This document shows positions 27,229 to 37,118 of a stretch of 64,000 bases of DNA, piece by piece. This DNA comes from Candidatus Poribacteria bacterium. GTDB lineage: Bacteria; Poribacteria; WGA-4E; UBA9662. Numbering within the stretch: the first letter of the stretch is position 1; each line of letters starts with the position of its first letter. Below the pieces are notes generated by a model. The model searched no databases. It worked only from the letters and a program-made list of their open reading frames with translations, and was not told where the DNA came from. Location: the NCBI GenBank assembly GCA_036339735.1, contig JAYZAL010000077.1, positions 1 to 64,000 on the forward strand. Reading direction: 5' to 3'. The position numbers and the translations under genes were made by a program.

Positions 27229-28923
27229 ATGACAAATTTATTAGGTAGTTTAGAGACTGCTCGACAATCGCTTAACGCACAGCGACGTGGGTTAATGGTC
27301 ACAGGTCACAATATTGCAAATGTTAATACACCAAATTATGCCCGTGAACGGGTCGACATTGCCATCGATGTCAGAGGCCATTCACAGTCTGGGTCTAATG
27401 TTACACAGGTAACACAGGTACGGGATAAGATCTTAGAAAGTCGTCTACGTCAAAGTATTCAAGATTCAAACAACTGGAGTACACAATCTGACCAGATGCA
27501 ACAAATTGAGAGGTTGTTTACTGATTTGGATGTGGGGGGGGTTTCTGGTGCAGTAGCAGATTTTTGGGATAGTTGGCATAATTTGAGTGTTGATCCAGAA
27601 TCAAAAGAAATCGCCCGTAATGTTACTATTGGCCGTGCGCAGGATCTAGTACAAGAACTAAAGAACGTTAATCTAGGATTCCAAAGTTTATATGAGGAAA
27701 ATAATACACAAATCCATAGCTTTGTGACCGAAGTCAATGAATTAGGCGATTCAATCGCCAAGTTGAACCGCGACATTGCTGCAATCGAGTTTTCTGGTGA
27801 AACGGCCAATTCACAACGTACAGTCCGCCATGGTTTATTAACGAAGCTGTCCGAATATACTGATTTTACTACTATTGAAGAAAGTAATGGCATGTTACAA
27901 ATTCATCTAGGAGGCCTTGCTTTCGTAGATGGAGATCGGGTGGGCACATTAGCAGCTAAAGATCAACCCCCTATCTTCGCTAGTTCAGAACAGCCAAACA
28001 CAAAATCAATCATCTACACTGAAATTAACCAGTTAGTAAAGACCATTGCTAGCAAGAATCAAAGTATTTTGTCTCATCGAGGTACCACGGCTGAAGTCAG
28101 GCAAATAGTGAATGAGCGTAGCCAACACGAAAACCAAATCCAAACTCTTTTTAATCTAGCTGGAATAGAAAACGCTACGATTTCTGACATTGGTGATGGA
28201 ACAGGCATGATAAAAATTGAGGTCGATGGCGAGTTAGTATTGGAAGGAACAAAAGTCTTTGGTCTCCCAGATAATGGGACGACTAGTCAAACTAGCCCAC
28301 TTGCTAACAATCAAAAAACTGTCGTCATTACCGACTCACGTTCAGGTAAAGAGGTCTCTATTAAAAGTGGAAAAATTGGCGGTTTGATGAATGTCCGGGA
28401 TAATCAGATTCCACGTTTTATTGAACGAGTCAATTCGTTTGCTACAACGCTGATGGCTGAGGTTAATTCAGTCCATGTTAAAGGGTATGGATTGGATAAT
28501 ACAACAGGAATTGAATTTTTTACCGGAGAGAGTATAAATGATATGGCCGTTAACTTAAGTTTGGTACACAGCCCAGAGAAAATTGGCGTGTCGAGTCGGC
28601 CTGATGAACCTGGTAATAATGAGATTGCTTTTAGTATTACCGCTAAGCGGAATGAATTTGTAATGTCTAATGGCACACAAACACTCGAAGAATATTATGC
28701 TAGTACTATGACCATAATTGGGATCCAATCCCAACAAGCACAGAGAAACGAAGAAAATAATGGGTTATTAACTTCCCAGCTGGAATCATTTCGCGAGAGT
28801 GTTTCCGGTGTATCTATGGACGAAGAAATGGTTAATTTGATTCAATTCCAGAGAGCTTACGAAGCTGCGGCTCGTTACATATCGACGGTCGATCAGGTAA
28901 TGCAGACGTTGATTAATATGTAA
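27229..28923 (+). CDS. flgK: Hook-associated protein FlgK
   Basis: 'GHNIANVNTPNYAR' N-terminus and 'SVSGVSMDEEMVNLIQFQRAYEAAAR' C-terminus. Confidence 0.95.
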   Translation: MTNLLGSLETARQSLNAQRRGLMVTGHNIANVNTPNYARERVDIAIDVRGHSQSGSNVTQVTQVRDKILESRLRQSIQDSNNWSTQSDQMQQIERLFTDLDVGGVSGAVADFWDSWHNLSVDPESKEIARNVTIGRAQDLVQELKNVNLGFQSLYEENNTQIHSFVTEVNELGDSIAKLNRDIAAIEFSGETANSQRTVRHGLLTKLSEYTDFTTIEESNGMLQIHLGGLAFVDGDRVGTLAAKDQPPIFASSEQPNTKSIIYTEINQLVKTIASKNQSILSHRGTTAEVRQIVNERSQHENQIQTLFNLAGIENATISDIGDGTGMIKIEVDGELVLEGTKVFGLPDNGTTSQTSPLANNQKTVVITDSRSGKEVSIKSGKIGGLMNVRDNQIPRFIERVNSFATTLMAEVNSVHVKGYGLDNTTGIEFFTGESINDMAVNLSLVHSPEKIGVSSRPDEPGNNEIAFSITAKRNEFVMSNGTQTLEEYYASTMTIIGIQSQQAQRNEENNGLLTSQLESFRESVSGVSMDEEMVNLIQFQRAYEAAARYISTVDQVMQTLINM

Positions 28924-28964
28924 GTAACGTAAGCATTAACAGATTTCGACTTAGGAGTAATTAG

Positions 28965-30761
28965 ATGAGAGTGACCCACAAAATGATCTCTACTCGAACA
29001 ACAGGTGATTTACAAGAAGGCTTAGAAGGAATTCAAGATGCCATAGACAAAGTATCAACGGGAAGGAAAATTCGTTCTTTGTCTGGTGAACCATCACAAC
29101 TCCTATCAGTTATGAGCCTAAGGAAAGATTTTTCTATCAACGTCCAACACATATCTAATAATGATAAGGCGAGTTTTCGCCTTAACCAAATTGACAGTGT
29201 AATCGGCCAAGTTAATGATACCATGTTTCTATTAAAACAGTTTGCGACTGACATCTCATCCAAAATTGGTAATATCGAAGCTAGCGCAGAACTGAGCAAT
29301 ATGCGATCACAATTCAAGCAAATCGCTAACACAAAGATACTCAATCAGTATATTTTTGCGGGTACAAAAACTAGTGCACCTGCTTTTGTAGAGCAAAACG
29401 GTAAAATCTTATATCAAGGAAATACCGAAAAAATTGAACTAGAAATTGGCCCAGATGAGAAAATGCAGGTAAACATGATAGGCTCCGAGGTTTTCGGTAG
29501 TAACGAGAAGGGGCTTTTCAAGGTAATGGAAACCCTGGGCAATTTGGTAGATCAAAAAGATTTGGGTATCGTGGACGAAACGACAAAACATTCGATTTCC
29601 TCTGGTCAATTACTTACCGCTAATGGTGATTTGGCTACTACTAGTACTAAGCTAGCAGATTTAGCTGATATTGATGTAACAGATACTATTCTACTTTCAG
29701 GCCAGTCAAGTTTACCAATTGGAGAAGGTGCAACAATTAATCGAACTATTTCACTGACGGATGATCTTATCAATAACCCACTGTATGGAGATACTGTTGG
29801 TGGATTGTTACAGCTTTTGGAGGATACCTACGGGGATGTCAACGTCTACATCAGTTCAGCGGGAAAAATTGTGGTAGCTGACAATGTAACCAATGGTGAA
29901 AACAGTTCACTACGAGCAGTAATAGAACCTCAGAATGAGAATGGCTCGCTAGATTTTGGCACAATGACACACACACGAAAAACAGTAAAAGTTCAGACCT
30001 CCGATGTAGAGTTGAAGGCATATCAGTTTGATGAAGATGGAGTCTTAGCAGCTACTACTGTTGCCAGCAGTGATAGTACTTTAGCTGAGCTGGTAGCTGA
30101 TCCTACACGACAACCAAGAGTAGGGGAAACTTTGACAATCAGTGGAACAGGTCCAACCGGTAACAACATTAGTAAAACCTTCGCATTTACAGCTGCCCCC
30201 CAAACAGATGCTAATGGAGATCCAGTAGCAGATACAAATGGAATTTATGGTATTTCGATTGGAGCTACAGTGGCAGATTTGCTGAGTCATATTGAGTTTA
30301 GTTTTGGTGGATCAATCCAGGCAAAAGTTGGCGTTGATGGCGAGCTAATGGTGCAAGATACCGTCGCTGGTAGCAGCCAAACCAGTATTCAAGTTACCAC
30401 TCATAACGAAGGTGGAGGTGAACTTTACTTAGGTAATTTCTCTGTGACAACCGAGGGGGATGATGCTCCTCAGGAGTTAGCAGAACGAGTAAAGACAGAT
30501 ACCAGAAATCTTTTGAACGACCTGATTAGCAAAGTAGATCTTATTGCTACTGAAAGTTCTTTGCGGATTCAGGCCGTGACAGAAAATGAAACTAGATTGA
30601 CTACGATTCGCACTACAATTGAAGGACAGATGAAAGAGGTTGAAGGGGTTGATCAAGCTACAGCTTTAACAGAATTACGCGAATTAGAAAACGCTTATAG
30701 ATCGTCATTAACCGTAGCTGGCAAGGCCATGCAACCATCTCTGATCGACATTCTTGGTTAA
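28965..30761 (+). CDS. flgL: Hook-associated protein FlgL with large central insertion
   Basis: 'MRVT', 'STGRKI', 'YIFAGTKT..PAF...YQGN', flagellin-like C-terminus 'QPSLIDIL'; follows flgK. Confidence 0.88.
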   Translation: MRVTHKMISTRTTGDLQEGLEGIQDAIDKVSTGRKIRSLSGEPSQLLSVMSLRKDFSINVQHISNNDKASFRLNQIDSVIGQVNDTMFLLKQFATDISSKIGNIEASAELSNMRSQFKQIANTKILNQYIFAGTKTSAPAFVEQNGKILYQGNTEKIELEIGPDEKMQVNMIGSEVFGSNEKGLFKVMETLGNLVDQKDLGIVDETTKHSISSGQLLTANGDLATTSTKLADLADIDVTDTILLSGQSSLPIGEGATINRTISLTDDLINNPLYGDTVGGLLQLLEDTYGDVNVYISSAGKIVVADNVTNGENSSLRAVIEPQNENGSLDFGTMTHTRKTVKVQTSDVELKAYQFDEDGVLAATTVASSDSTLAELVADPTRQPRVGETLTISGTGPTGNNISKTFAFTAAPQTDANGDPVADTNGIYGISIGATVADLLSHIEFSFGGSIQAKVGVDGELMVQDTVAGSSQTSIQVTTHNEGGGELYLGNFSVTTEGDDAPQELAERVKTDTRNLLNDLISKVDLIATESSLRIQAVTENETRLTTIRTTIEGQMKEVEGVDQATALTELRELENAYRSSLTVAGKAMQPSLIDILG

Positions 30762-30765
30762 TTAT

Positions 30766-30816
30766 AAAAAAATTCCACCGGCACCAAAAAATTGTTAGTA
30801 GCGGTGGAATTTTTTT
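30766..30816. terminator. Probable bidirectional intrinsic terminator between convergent flgL and flgG
   Basis: Inverted repeat AAAAAAATTCCACCG...CGGTGGAATTTTTTT with A/T tails on both sides; the loop is long (21 nt). Confidence 0.7.
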
Positions 30817-30909
30817 CTTCGTTATCTATAAGATTCGGGAATTAATATCCCATTGGCATCACTTCTTTCCGAAATGACTAAAATTATCCTTAGATTATCA
30901 GTTTATTTT

Positions 30910-31695
30910 TTATCGACGTAGTGTGTTTGCTGTACCTAACATTTCGTCTGCGGTTTGAATCGATTTGGCATTAGCTTCGTAAGATCTTTGGGCAACTATC
31001 ATTCCCACCATTTCATCCACGATTTTTACGTTTGACATCTCTAGCATTCCAGAGCGAATAATTCCAGCACCAAGTTGTCCTGGTGTCCTGATCATTTCTT
31101 GTCCTGTAGCACTAGTTTGTTTATATAACCCTCGTCCTTCATGTTGTAAACCTCTCGGGTTAGGAAAAAGAGCTAGTTCAATACTACCGGCAATAGTAGG
31201 CTCAATATCCCCAGCGGCTCGAGTGGAAACAGTACCATCTTCAGCAATCAAAACATCTTCTGCTTCAGGTGGGATTTGAATAGGTGGGTCGAGTGGCAAG
31301 CCATTAGCGGTTACTAAAGTACCACTTTCATCGAGTGTAAATGCGCCAGCACGGGTGTAATAGGTTTGATTATCTTGCATCTTAACTCGGAAAAAACCGT
31401 CACCTTGAATTGCCATGTCAAGAGTGTCTTCAGTATCTTTTAAGTCGCCCTGTGCGAAACGAGTAGGTGTAGCGACCAATTGTGTACCGTGTCCGATCTC
31501 TATACCTGTTGGGATTGTACGTTCTTGATTAAGCGTTCCTGCTGGCTGGATGACTTGGTAGATCATATCCTGAAAATCTGCTCGGCTACCTTTGAAGCCT
31601 ACAGTATTGACGTTAGAAATATTGTTTGAAATTACATCGATATTCTTCTGTTGAGCGACCATCCCTGATGCGGATGACCATAATGCTCTCATCAT
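30910..31695 (-). CDS. flgG: Flagellar distal rod protein FlgG
   Basis: 'MMRALWSSASGM.AQQ..IDVISNNISNVNTVGFK', 'DMAIQGDGFF', 'YTRAGAF', 'LEMSNV.IVDEMV.MI.AQRSYE'. Confidence 0.95.
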   Translation of the reverse strand: MMRALWSSASGMVAQQKNIDVISNNISNVNTVGFKGSRADFQDMIYQVIQPAGTLNQERTIPTGIEIGHGTQLVATPTRFAQGDLKDTEDTLDMAIQGDGFFRVKMQDNQTYYTRAGAFTLDESGTLVTANGLPLDPPIQIPPEAEDVLIAEDGTVSTRAAGDIEPTIAGSIELALFPNPRGLQHEGRGLYKQTSATGQEMIRTPGQLGAGIIRSGMLEMSNVKIVDEMVGMIVAQRSYEANAKSIQTADEMLGTANTLRR

Positions 31696-31722
31696 TTTGC
31701 TGTTCCCCTTACTAATTTAGTC

Positions 31723-32478
31723 TTAAGATCGAGCTGTTTCATTGATTTGCTGAACCGAGTCATTGAAGGCTTGGATAGTCTTTTGATAGCCTTGGAAATT
31801 TCTTAAAGTTTCAATCATCTGTACCATTTGGTGAACAGGATTCGCGTTAGAACCTTCCAAATAGCCTTGTAGAATATTGAATTCACTGGTGTTTCCTTCT
31901 GATGAATCAGTAGTTTGGTAAAGGCTATTCCCTTTTTGTGTCAAGCTATCAGAAGGAAAGTCTCTTACCATCAACTGGTTGACCATTTCTTCACCATCAA
32001 AAATTTCCCCTTTATTAGTAATCCGTAAATTTACAATTTGGCCCATTTGGATGGGCTGTTCATCAGGATCCAAAATCGGTTGTCCATTTTGTGTGACAAG
32101 ATTCCCTTGATCGTCAAGGGTAAAAGAACCATTTCTCGTATAGGAAACTGTACCATCATGATTTAAAACCCCAAAAAAGCCCTTACCTTGGATGGCTAAA
32201 TCCAGTGGTTGACTAGTTTCACGGATTGGCCCATCTGCTAAATTGAGACGGTAGTTAGCAACAGTCGCCGTTGATAACTTTGGGTTGTTGCTACTTGGAG
32301 CCAAGCCAGTTTCTTTATCAGGAATAGATTGGTTAAGATAATCCTTGAAAGCGGTTAAATGCAGGTGGCTCTTTTTGAAACCGGCCGAATTTAAGTTAGC
32401 TAGATTATTAGCTATCATGTCCATTCGCATTGATTCATAAACCATGCCTTGTGTTGCTAAATATGTTCCTTTGTTCAT
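31723..32478 (-). CDS. flgF: Flagellar proximal rod protein FlgF
   Basis: 'ANNLANLNSAGFK', 'LDLAIQGKGFF', 'YTRNGSF', 'GYLEGSNAN'; immediately upstream of flgG. Confidence 0.85.
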   Translation of the reverse strand: MNKGTYLATQGMVYESMRMDMIANNLANLNSAGFKKSHLHLTAFKDYLNQSIPDKETGLAPSSNNPKLSTATVANYRLNLADGPIRETSQPLDLAIQGKGFFGVLNHDGTVSYTRNGSFTLDDQGNLVTQNGQPILDPDEQPIQMGQIVNLRITNKGEIFDGEEMVNQLMVRDFPSDSLTQKGNSLYQTTDSSEGNTSEFNILQGYLEGSNANPVHQMVQMIETLRNFQGYQKTIQAFNDSVQQINETARS

Positions 32479-32548
32479 ATTGTCTAGTACCTCGCTTTGA
32501 TGAATCTCTTTGGTCTCACCTGATTGGGATCAGCTACTGTTTGAGATA

Positions 32549-32563
32549 GCAAACCCTATGCCA
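32549..32563 (-). promoter_or_regulatory. Sigma54 -24/-12 promoter upstream of flgF
   Basis: The minus strand reads TGGCAT-AGGGT-TTGC with exact spacing. Confidence 0.8.
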
Positions 32564-32618
32564 ATTATAAAAATGTCATCCTTTGCAAAAATAATTCTGA
32601 TTTGATAAAATCGGAACC

Positions 32619-35384
32619 ATGATAAAATCTGAGCGTAGTTGTCTGCTATTAGTGATTTTATGCTCTTGTTTGGTTCTAGTGAATTGTTCTTGGTTGAATC
32701 GCTCTGAGTCAGGCCCCTCTCCCCAACCTATCGATCCGTTTGTCTCGCGATACCAAACTTGGCAAAAACTTGTAGAACTCGGTAATCAAGCTTATCAAAA
32801 CCAAGATTTAGTTTTGGCATTAGAGCAGTACAAGGAAGCAATTGAACTGAGACCGGATCAGTCTCCGCCGCTCTTACGTATAGCCCAAATCTACTATCAG
32901 CTACAAGAATACGAAAAAGCAAAAACTTTTTTTCATAAGTACTTGGATTTAAACCCTAGAGACCGTAATGCTTACAACTATTTGGGGTATGTTTATGAAA
33001 TATTACAAGACTATAAATCAGCAGCTGAACAATTTGAAGCTAGCCTCAAGCTTTATGATCAAGATCTTTATGCTCTTAATCATCTTGGGCTAGCGTATAA
33101 ACAATTGGGTAGATATAAGGAGGCGGAAGGTGTGTTAAGACAAGCATTATTGATTGATCCGAACTGCCAACAGAGTGATAATCGCAACCTTCATAATTAT
33201 TTAGCCTTAATCTACCAGGAAACGAAGCAGGTAGGTTCTGCAATAGCTGAGTTAAGAGAATCGATTCGTCTTTTCCCGAATGATATATGGGCCAGAACAC
33301 AGGTGGCGAACCTTTACGAAGCTGCTTATCGTATTTACGAAGCCCAACTGCAATACACAGAAATTCTGAGAATTGAGCCTGATAACCTATTGGCAAAATC
33401 TCGCTTGCAAGCCTTGGACCAAGCCACACCGAAAAAGCCTTTAGCCATTGTTTCACCAGTTGACCTGATCGAAATTGATACTCAGTCTATAATTGAAAAT
33501 GCACCGACAGCTGAAGATTATCCAAACGATGATGCAATTATTCTACTAAATCAGTTTTGTCATGAAATCACAGCAGAAGGAAAGTCAAGATATACATCGC
33601 ATAAAATTATCAAGATTTTCAATCAACGAGGTATCCAAAAACACGATGATCTGGCAATTCCTTATAATCCTAACTCACAGCATATTACAGTTAATTCTGC
33701 ACGTACTATACTACCCAATGGCACAATAGTAGAACCTGCCGAAGATGCTTACAATGACGTGACTCCACCAGGGCAGCTAACCTTCAATCTCTACTCTGAT
33801 GGACTATGGAAGGTTATATCTATGCCTGCTTTGAAAGCTGGTGTTTGCATCGAGTATAAGGTTTCGTTGGAAGACATGGTACCCTCGGGAGCTGATCAGT
33901 GGTTTTGGGGTAGCTATACTTTCCAATCTACTGACCCAACTTTACAGACGAATTATGCACTTCGTCTGTATGGAGATAAACAGTTTCGTTGGAAGGCAGT
34001 TAATTGCGAACTAGACCCCGAAATTATGATTGAAGGTGAAACAAAAACCTACCTTTGGCATTACGGCGAGACACCCTCCATTCGTGAATCTATTGGTCAA
34101 TCTAATACCTCTGAATTAGCTGCTCAGTTTCGTTTTTCATCGGTCAATTCTTGGGATGCTATCAGTGCTTGGTATGCTGACTTAGCCCGGGATCGTTACA
34201 CCAGTAGTCAAGAAATGGATGAATTGGCTCGAGATTTAACCCAATCGGTAAATACTTCAACAGAAAAAATTCATCAGTTATACAATTTTGTGGCAAGCCA
34301 AATTCGTTATGTTAGTATCCAACTGGGACAAGGAGCATACCAACCGACGTCTGCTGACCAGGTTTTAATAAAAAGGTATGGGGACTGTAAAGATAAAAGT
34401 ACACTACTGATTTCGTTATTAGCGAGCATTGGTATTTCGGCCTTCCCTGCTCTGATGAGTCCATCTCCTTATGATCCTATTGACCTTGACCTTCCATCCG
34501 TTGGCCAGTTTAGCCATTTAATTGTTGCTATTCCCATTGCTGAAAATGGCTTGAACAAACGGCAAAATATGGACAGCGACTATTTGTGGTTGGATCCTAC
34601 AGCAAGCAGTTGCCCATTTGGAATCTTACCTACTAGTAACCAAGGCCGAACCGCGTTATTGGTCAAAAATAAAACAGCTACCTTTGTGAAAATTCCGAAT
34701 TCTCTTCCGGAAAACAACAGGCTGAAAATTGAAACTGACCTCCTTGTTCAAACTGATGGATCATTCAATGGTAAAATGTCTATTCAGCCTATCGGGCAAT
34801 ATGGCATAGACTATCGCCTTACATACCGTGACATTCAGGTTTCATCACTGGATGAGGCTTTTAGTCGTGAACTAAGTCGAAGTTTTTCTGGCATTATGAT
34901 AAAACAGCATCGAGTTTCTGACTTGAGAGATCTTGACCAACCAGTTAAAATTCACCTAGAGTTTCGGGCGGATTCAATGCTCCAGTCAATTGATAATCAA
35001 CACCAGTTACTCTATTTTGACGGAGCAGATTTTGCCGATTATGCTGATATTTTTGCTAGTCCAGAACGAATCTATGCATTGGATCTTAGCCACCCGATTC
35101 TTGTCGAAAAAACTACTCGCATCCAACTACCGACAGGTTGGGTACCATTGAAATTACCAGATGGGAAAGACACACATTCAGATGTCTTTTCATCCGAACA
35201 ATCTTTCGGCCAACTAAATGTGGAAGTTACTTACAATAAAACCGAAATTATCATCGATCTAACATTGGAAGTTGTTAATCCTATTATTGCTCCTGAGATC
35301 TACCCGATGGCACGCACGTTTTTTCGTTCCCTTATTGCCAGAGACCAGTTAGTTACCACGCTGAAAAAAGTCCCAGTTTCTTGA
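32619..35384 (+). CDS. TPR + DUF3857-like + transglutaminase-like domain protein, probable lipoprotein
   Basis: Signal ending 'LVNC', TPR repeats, intact Cys-His-Asp motifs 'YGDCKDKSTLL', 'FSHLIV', 'WLDPT'. Confidence 0.85.
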   Translation: MIKSERSCLLLVILCSCLVLVNCSWLNRSESGPSPQPIDPFVSRYQTWQKLVELGNQAYQNQDLVLALEQYKEAIELRPDQSPPLLRIAQIYYQLQEYEKAKTFFHKYLDLNPRDRNAYNYLGYVYEILQDYKSAAEQFEASLKLYDQDLYALNHLGLAYKQLGRYKEAEGVLRQALLIDPNCQQSDNRNLHNYLALIYQETKQVGSAIAELRESIRLFPNDIWARTQVANLYEAAYRIYEAQLQYTEILRIEPDNLLAKSRLQALDQATPKKPLAIVSPVDLIEIDTQSIIENAPTAEDYPNDDAIILLNQFCHEITAEGKSRYTSHKIIKIFNQRGIQKHDDLAIPYNPNSQHITVNSARTILPNGTIVEPAEDAYNDVTPPGQLTFNLYSDGLWKVISMPALKAGVCIEYKVSLEDMVPSGADQWFWGSYTFQSTDPTLQTNYALRLYGDKQFRWKAVNCELDPEIMIEGETKTYLWHYGETPSIRESIGQSNTSELAAQFRFSSVNSWDAISAWYADLARDRYTSSQEMDELARDLTQSVNTSTEKIHQLYNFVASQIRYVSIQLGQGAYQPTSADQVLIKRYGDCKDKSTLLISLLASIGISAFPALMSPSPYDPIDLDLPSVGQFSHLIVAIPIAENGLNKRQNMDSDYLWLDPTASSCPFGILPTSNQGRTALLVKNKTATFVKIPNSLPENNRLKIETDLLVQTDGSFNGKMSIQPIGQYGIDYRLTYRDIQVSSLDEAFSRELSRSFSGIMIKQHRVSDLRDLDQPVKIHLEFRADSMLQSIDNQHQLLYFDGADFADYADIFASPERIYALDLSHPILVEKTTRIQLPTGWVPLKLPDGKDTHSDVFSSEQSFGQLNVEVTYNKTEIIIDLTLEVVNPIIAPEIYPMARTFFRSLIARDQLVTTLKKVPVS

Positions 35385-35428
35385 ATAAGTGATTTGTAGT
35401 TGATTTCTTATTATTTGAAAATTACGAA

Positions 35429-36223
35429 ATGACCCCTAAACAAAAATACCTTCTTGATCTTAACGGTTATCTGCATATTCCGGCTGTACTGACTAGCAAT
35501 CAGCTAAAAACAGCTCAACTGGCCGTTGATCGATGTATTAACACCCCTGAGGACAAACTGACTACTGGTCGAAATTTTGCCTTTGATAAGTCTTTAGAAA
35601 CTTTAGCCTTGCATCCGAAAACTTTCTCTATCATAAAGGCTTTGACTGATAATAAGCCTCGCCTAAACCGAGGAACTCTGGCTATTAATACTCACGAGCA
35701 AAATAAGATTACTCAGCTTCACTGTGCCCGTGAGGATTGTGGTTGGCAAACACGCCGATATCTAGTTAAAAATGGGCAAATCTTTTGTAACGATATTGTA
35801 GTTTTCTTTTATTTTACCGATGTTCTCCCGGGAGATGGTGGGCTAGTTGTATTGCCAGGTTCACACAAATCAGAATTTGAACGTCCGCCAGATCTATTTT
35901 TCCCGGATCTTAACGATACCAAGCCACAATTACATCCAGCTCTAAAAAATATCACACCCAAAGCGGGCGATGCTATTATTCTAACAGAACTAACAACTCA
36001 TGGCGTCCTAGTATGGCTACCAAAAGATCGAGATCGTCGATTTCTGATCCTGAGGTATAAAACCCAATATTTTCAAGATGAGCGAGGACACAAACAACCG
36101 TTTTCGGACGAAATTATAGCCAAATTGTCTGAGGAAACTAAAGAGTTGGTTGAATTTGCCGATTACGAACACACTAAAAAAATTGTTCAAAGAGAACAAA
36201 TTACCTTTTCGAGTACGACTTGA
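35429..36223 (+). CDS. PhyH-family Fe(II)/2OG enzyme (HxA motif)
   Basis: 'DLNGYL', 'LHCA', 'GGLVVLPGSHKS', 'LTTHG', 'RRF'. Confidence 0.85.
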   Translation: MTPKQKYLLDLNGYLHIPAVLTSNQLKTAQLAVDRCINTPEDKLTTGRNFAFDKSLETLALHPKTFSIIKALTDNKPRLNRGTLAINTHEQNKITQLHCAREDCGWQTRRYLVKNGQIFCNDIVVFFYFTDVLPGDGGLVVLPGSHKSEFERPPDLFFPDLNDTKPQLHPALKNITPKAGDAIILTELTTHGVLVWLPKDRDRRFLILRYKTQYFQDERGHKQPFSDEIIAKLSEETKELVEFADYEHTKKIVQREQITFSSTT

Positions 36224-36253
36224 AAATAGAATTTCACCTTTCGAGTAAGGAGT

Positions 36254-37090
36254 TTGTCATTGCCAATCAGAAATGCTATGCCGGATCTTAATCGGAAATT
36301 ACAATTTTTTCCATCTCAGAATAAAACCCCCAAGAAATTGAGTGAAGAACAAGTTCAACAATACAATAGAGAGGGTTATATTTGTCCATTAGATGTTTTT
36401 TCTGCAGGAGAAATTAATCTACACCGAGCCTATTTCGATCAGTTGATCGACAAAGCTATGAAAGCTGGGTGGAATAGTTATTCAATCAATGGTTGGCAAG
36501 CTAAATGTGTAGGTATTTACGACTTGGTCAATGAGCCGCGGATTTTGGACTACGTTCAAGATCTAATAGGAGAGAATTTAATCTGTTGGGCAACCCATTA
36601 TTTTTGCAAATTACCTGGGGACACCAAGAGAGTTAGCTGGCATCAAGACGCATCTTACTGGCCTTTGAGTCCTAGTAAAACTGTCACTGTTTGGCTGGCC
36701 ATCGACGACACAGACGTCGAGAATGGTGCTATGCAGATCATTCCACGATCGCACAAGCATGGCCAGATTGACTTTGAAGAAAGCACAGCCGAAGAGCAGA
36801 ATGTCCTTAATCAAACCGTTAAAGAACCAACGAGTTATGGATTACCACCGGTCGCCTTAGAAATGAAAGCGGGGCAGATTTCTCTTCACTCTGATTTGCT
36901 TTTACATGGATCGGAACCTAATACTTCTGACCGTCGGCGATGTGGATTAACCATGCGGTTTATTCCACCAGAAGTCCGCGCCTTAAATCGACGGAACCAA
37001 AACTCAATAATCGCACGTGGGATAGACCCGGACAATCACTGGTTTGCAGCTTCTCGGCCCGAATTTGATCAAATTCCAAGTAAAAATTAA
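36254..37090 (+). CDS. PhyH-family dioxygenase
   Basis: 'VSWHQD', 'TVWLAIDD', 'ENGAM.IIPRSH', 'LLHGS.PN.S.RRRCG'. Confidence 0.9.
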   Translation: MSLPIRNAMPDLNRKLQFFPSQNKTPKKLSEEQVQQYNREGYICPLDVFSAGEINLHRAYFDQLIDKAMKAGWNSYSINGWQAKCVGIYDLVNEPRILDYVQDLIGENLICWATHYFCKLPGDTKRVSWHQDASYWPLSPSKTVTVWLAIDDTDVENGAMQIIPRSHKHGQIDFEESTAEEQNVLNQTVKEPTSYGLPPVALEMKAGQISLHSDLLLHGSEPNTSDRRRCGLTMRFIPPEVRALNRRNQNSIIARGIDPDNHWFAASRPEFDQIPSKN

Positions 37091-37118
37091 CTTATATTAA
37101 AGTTCCGGAGGAATCCTA

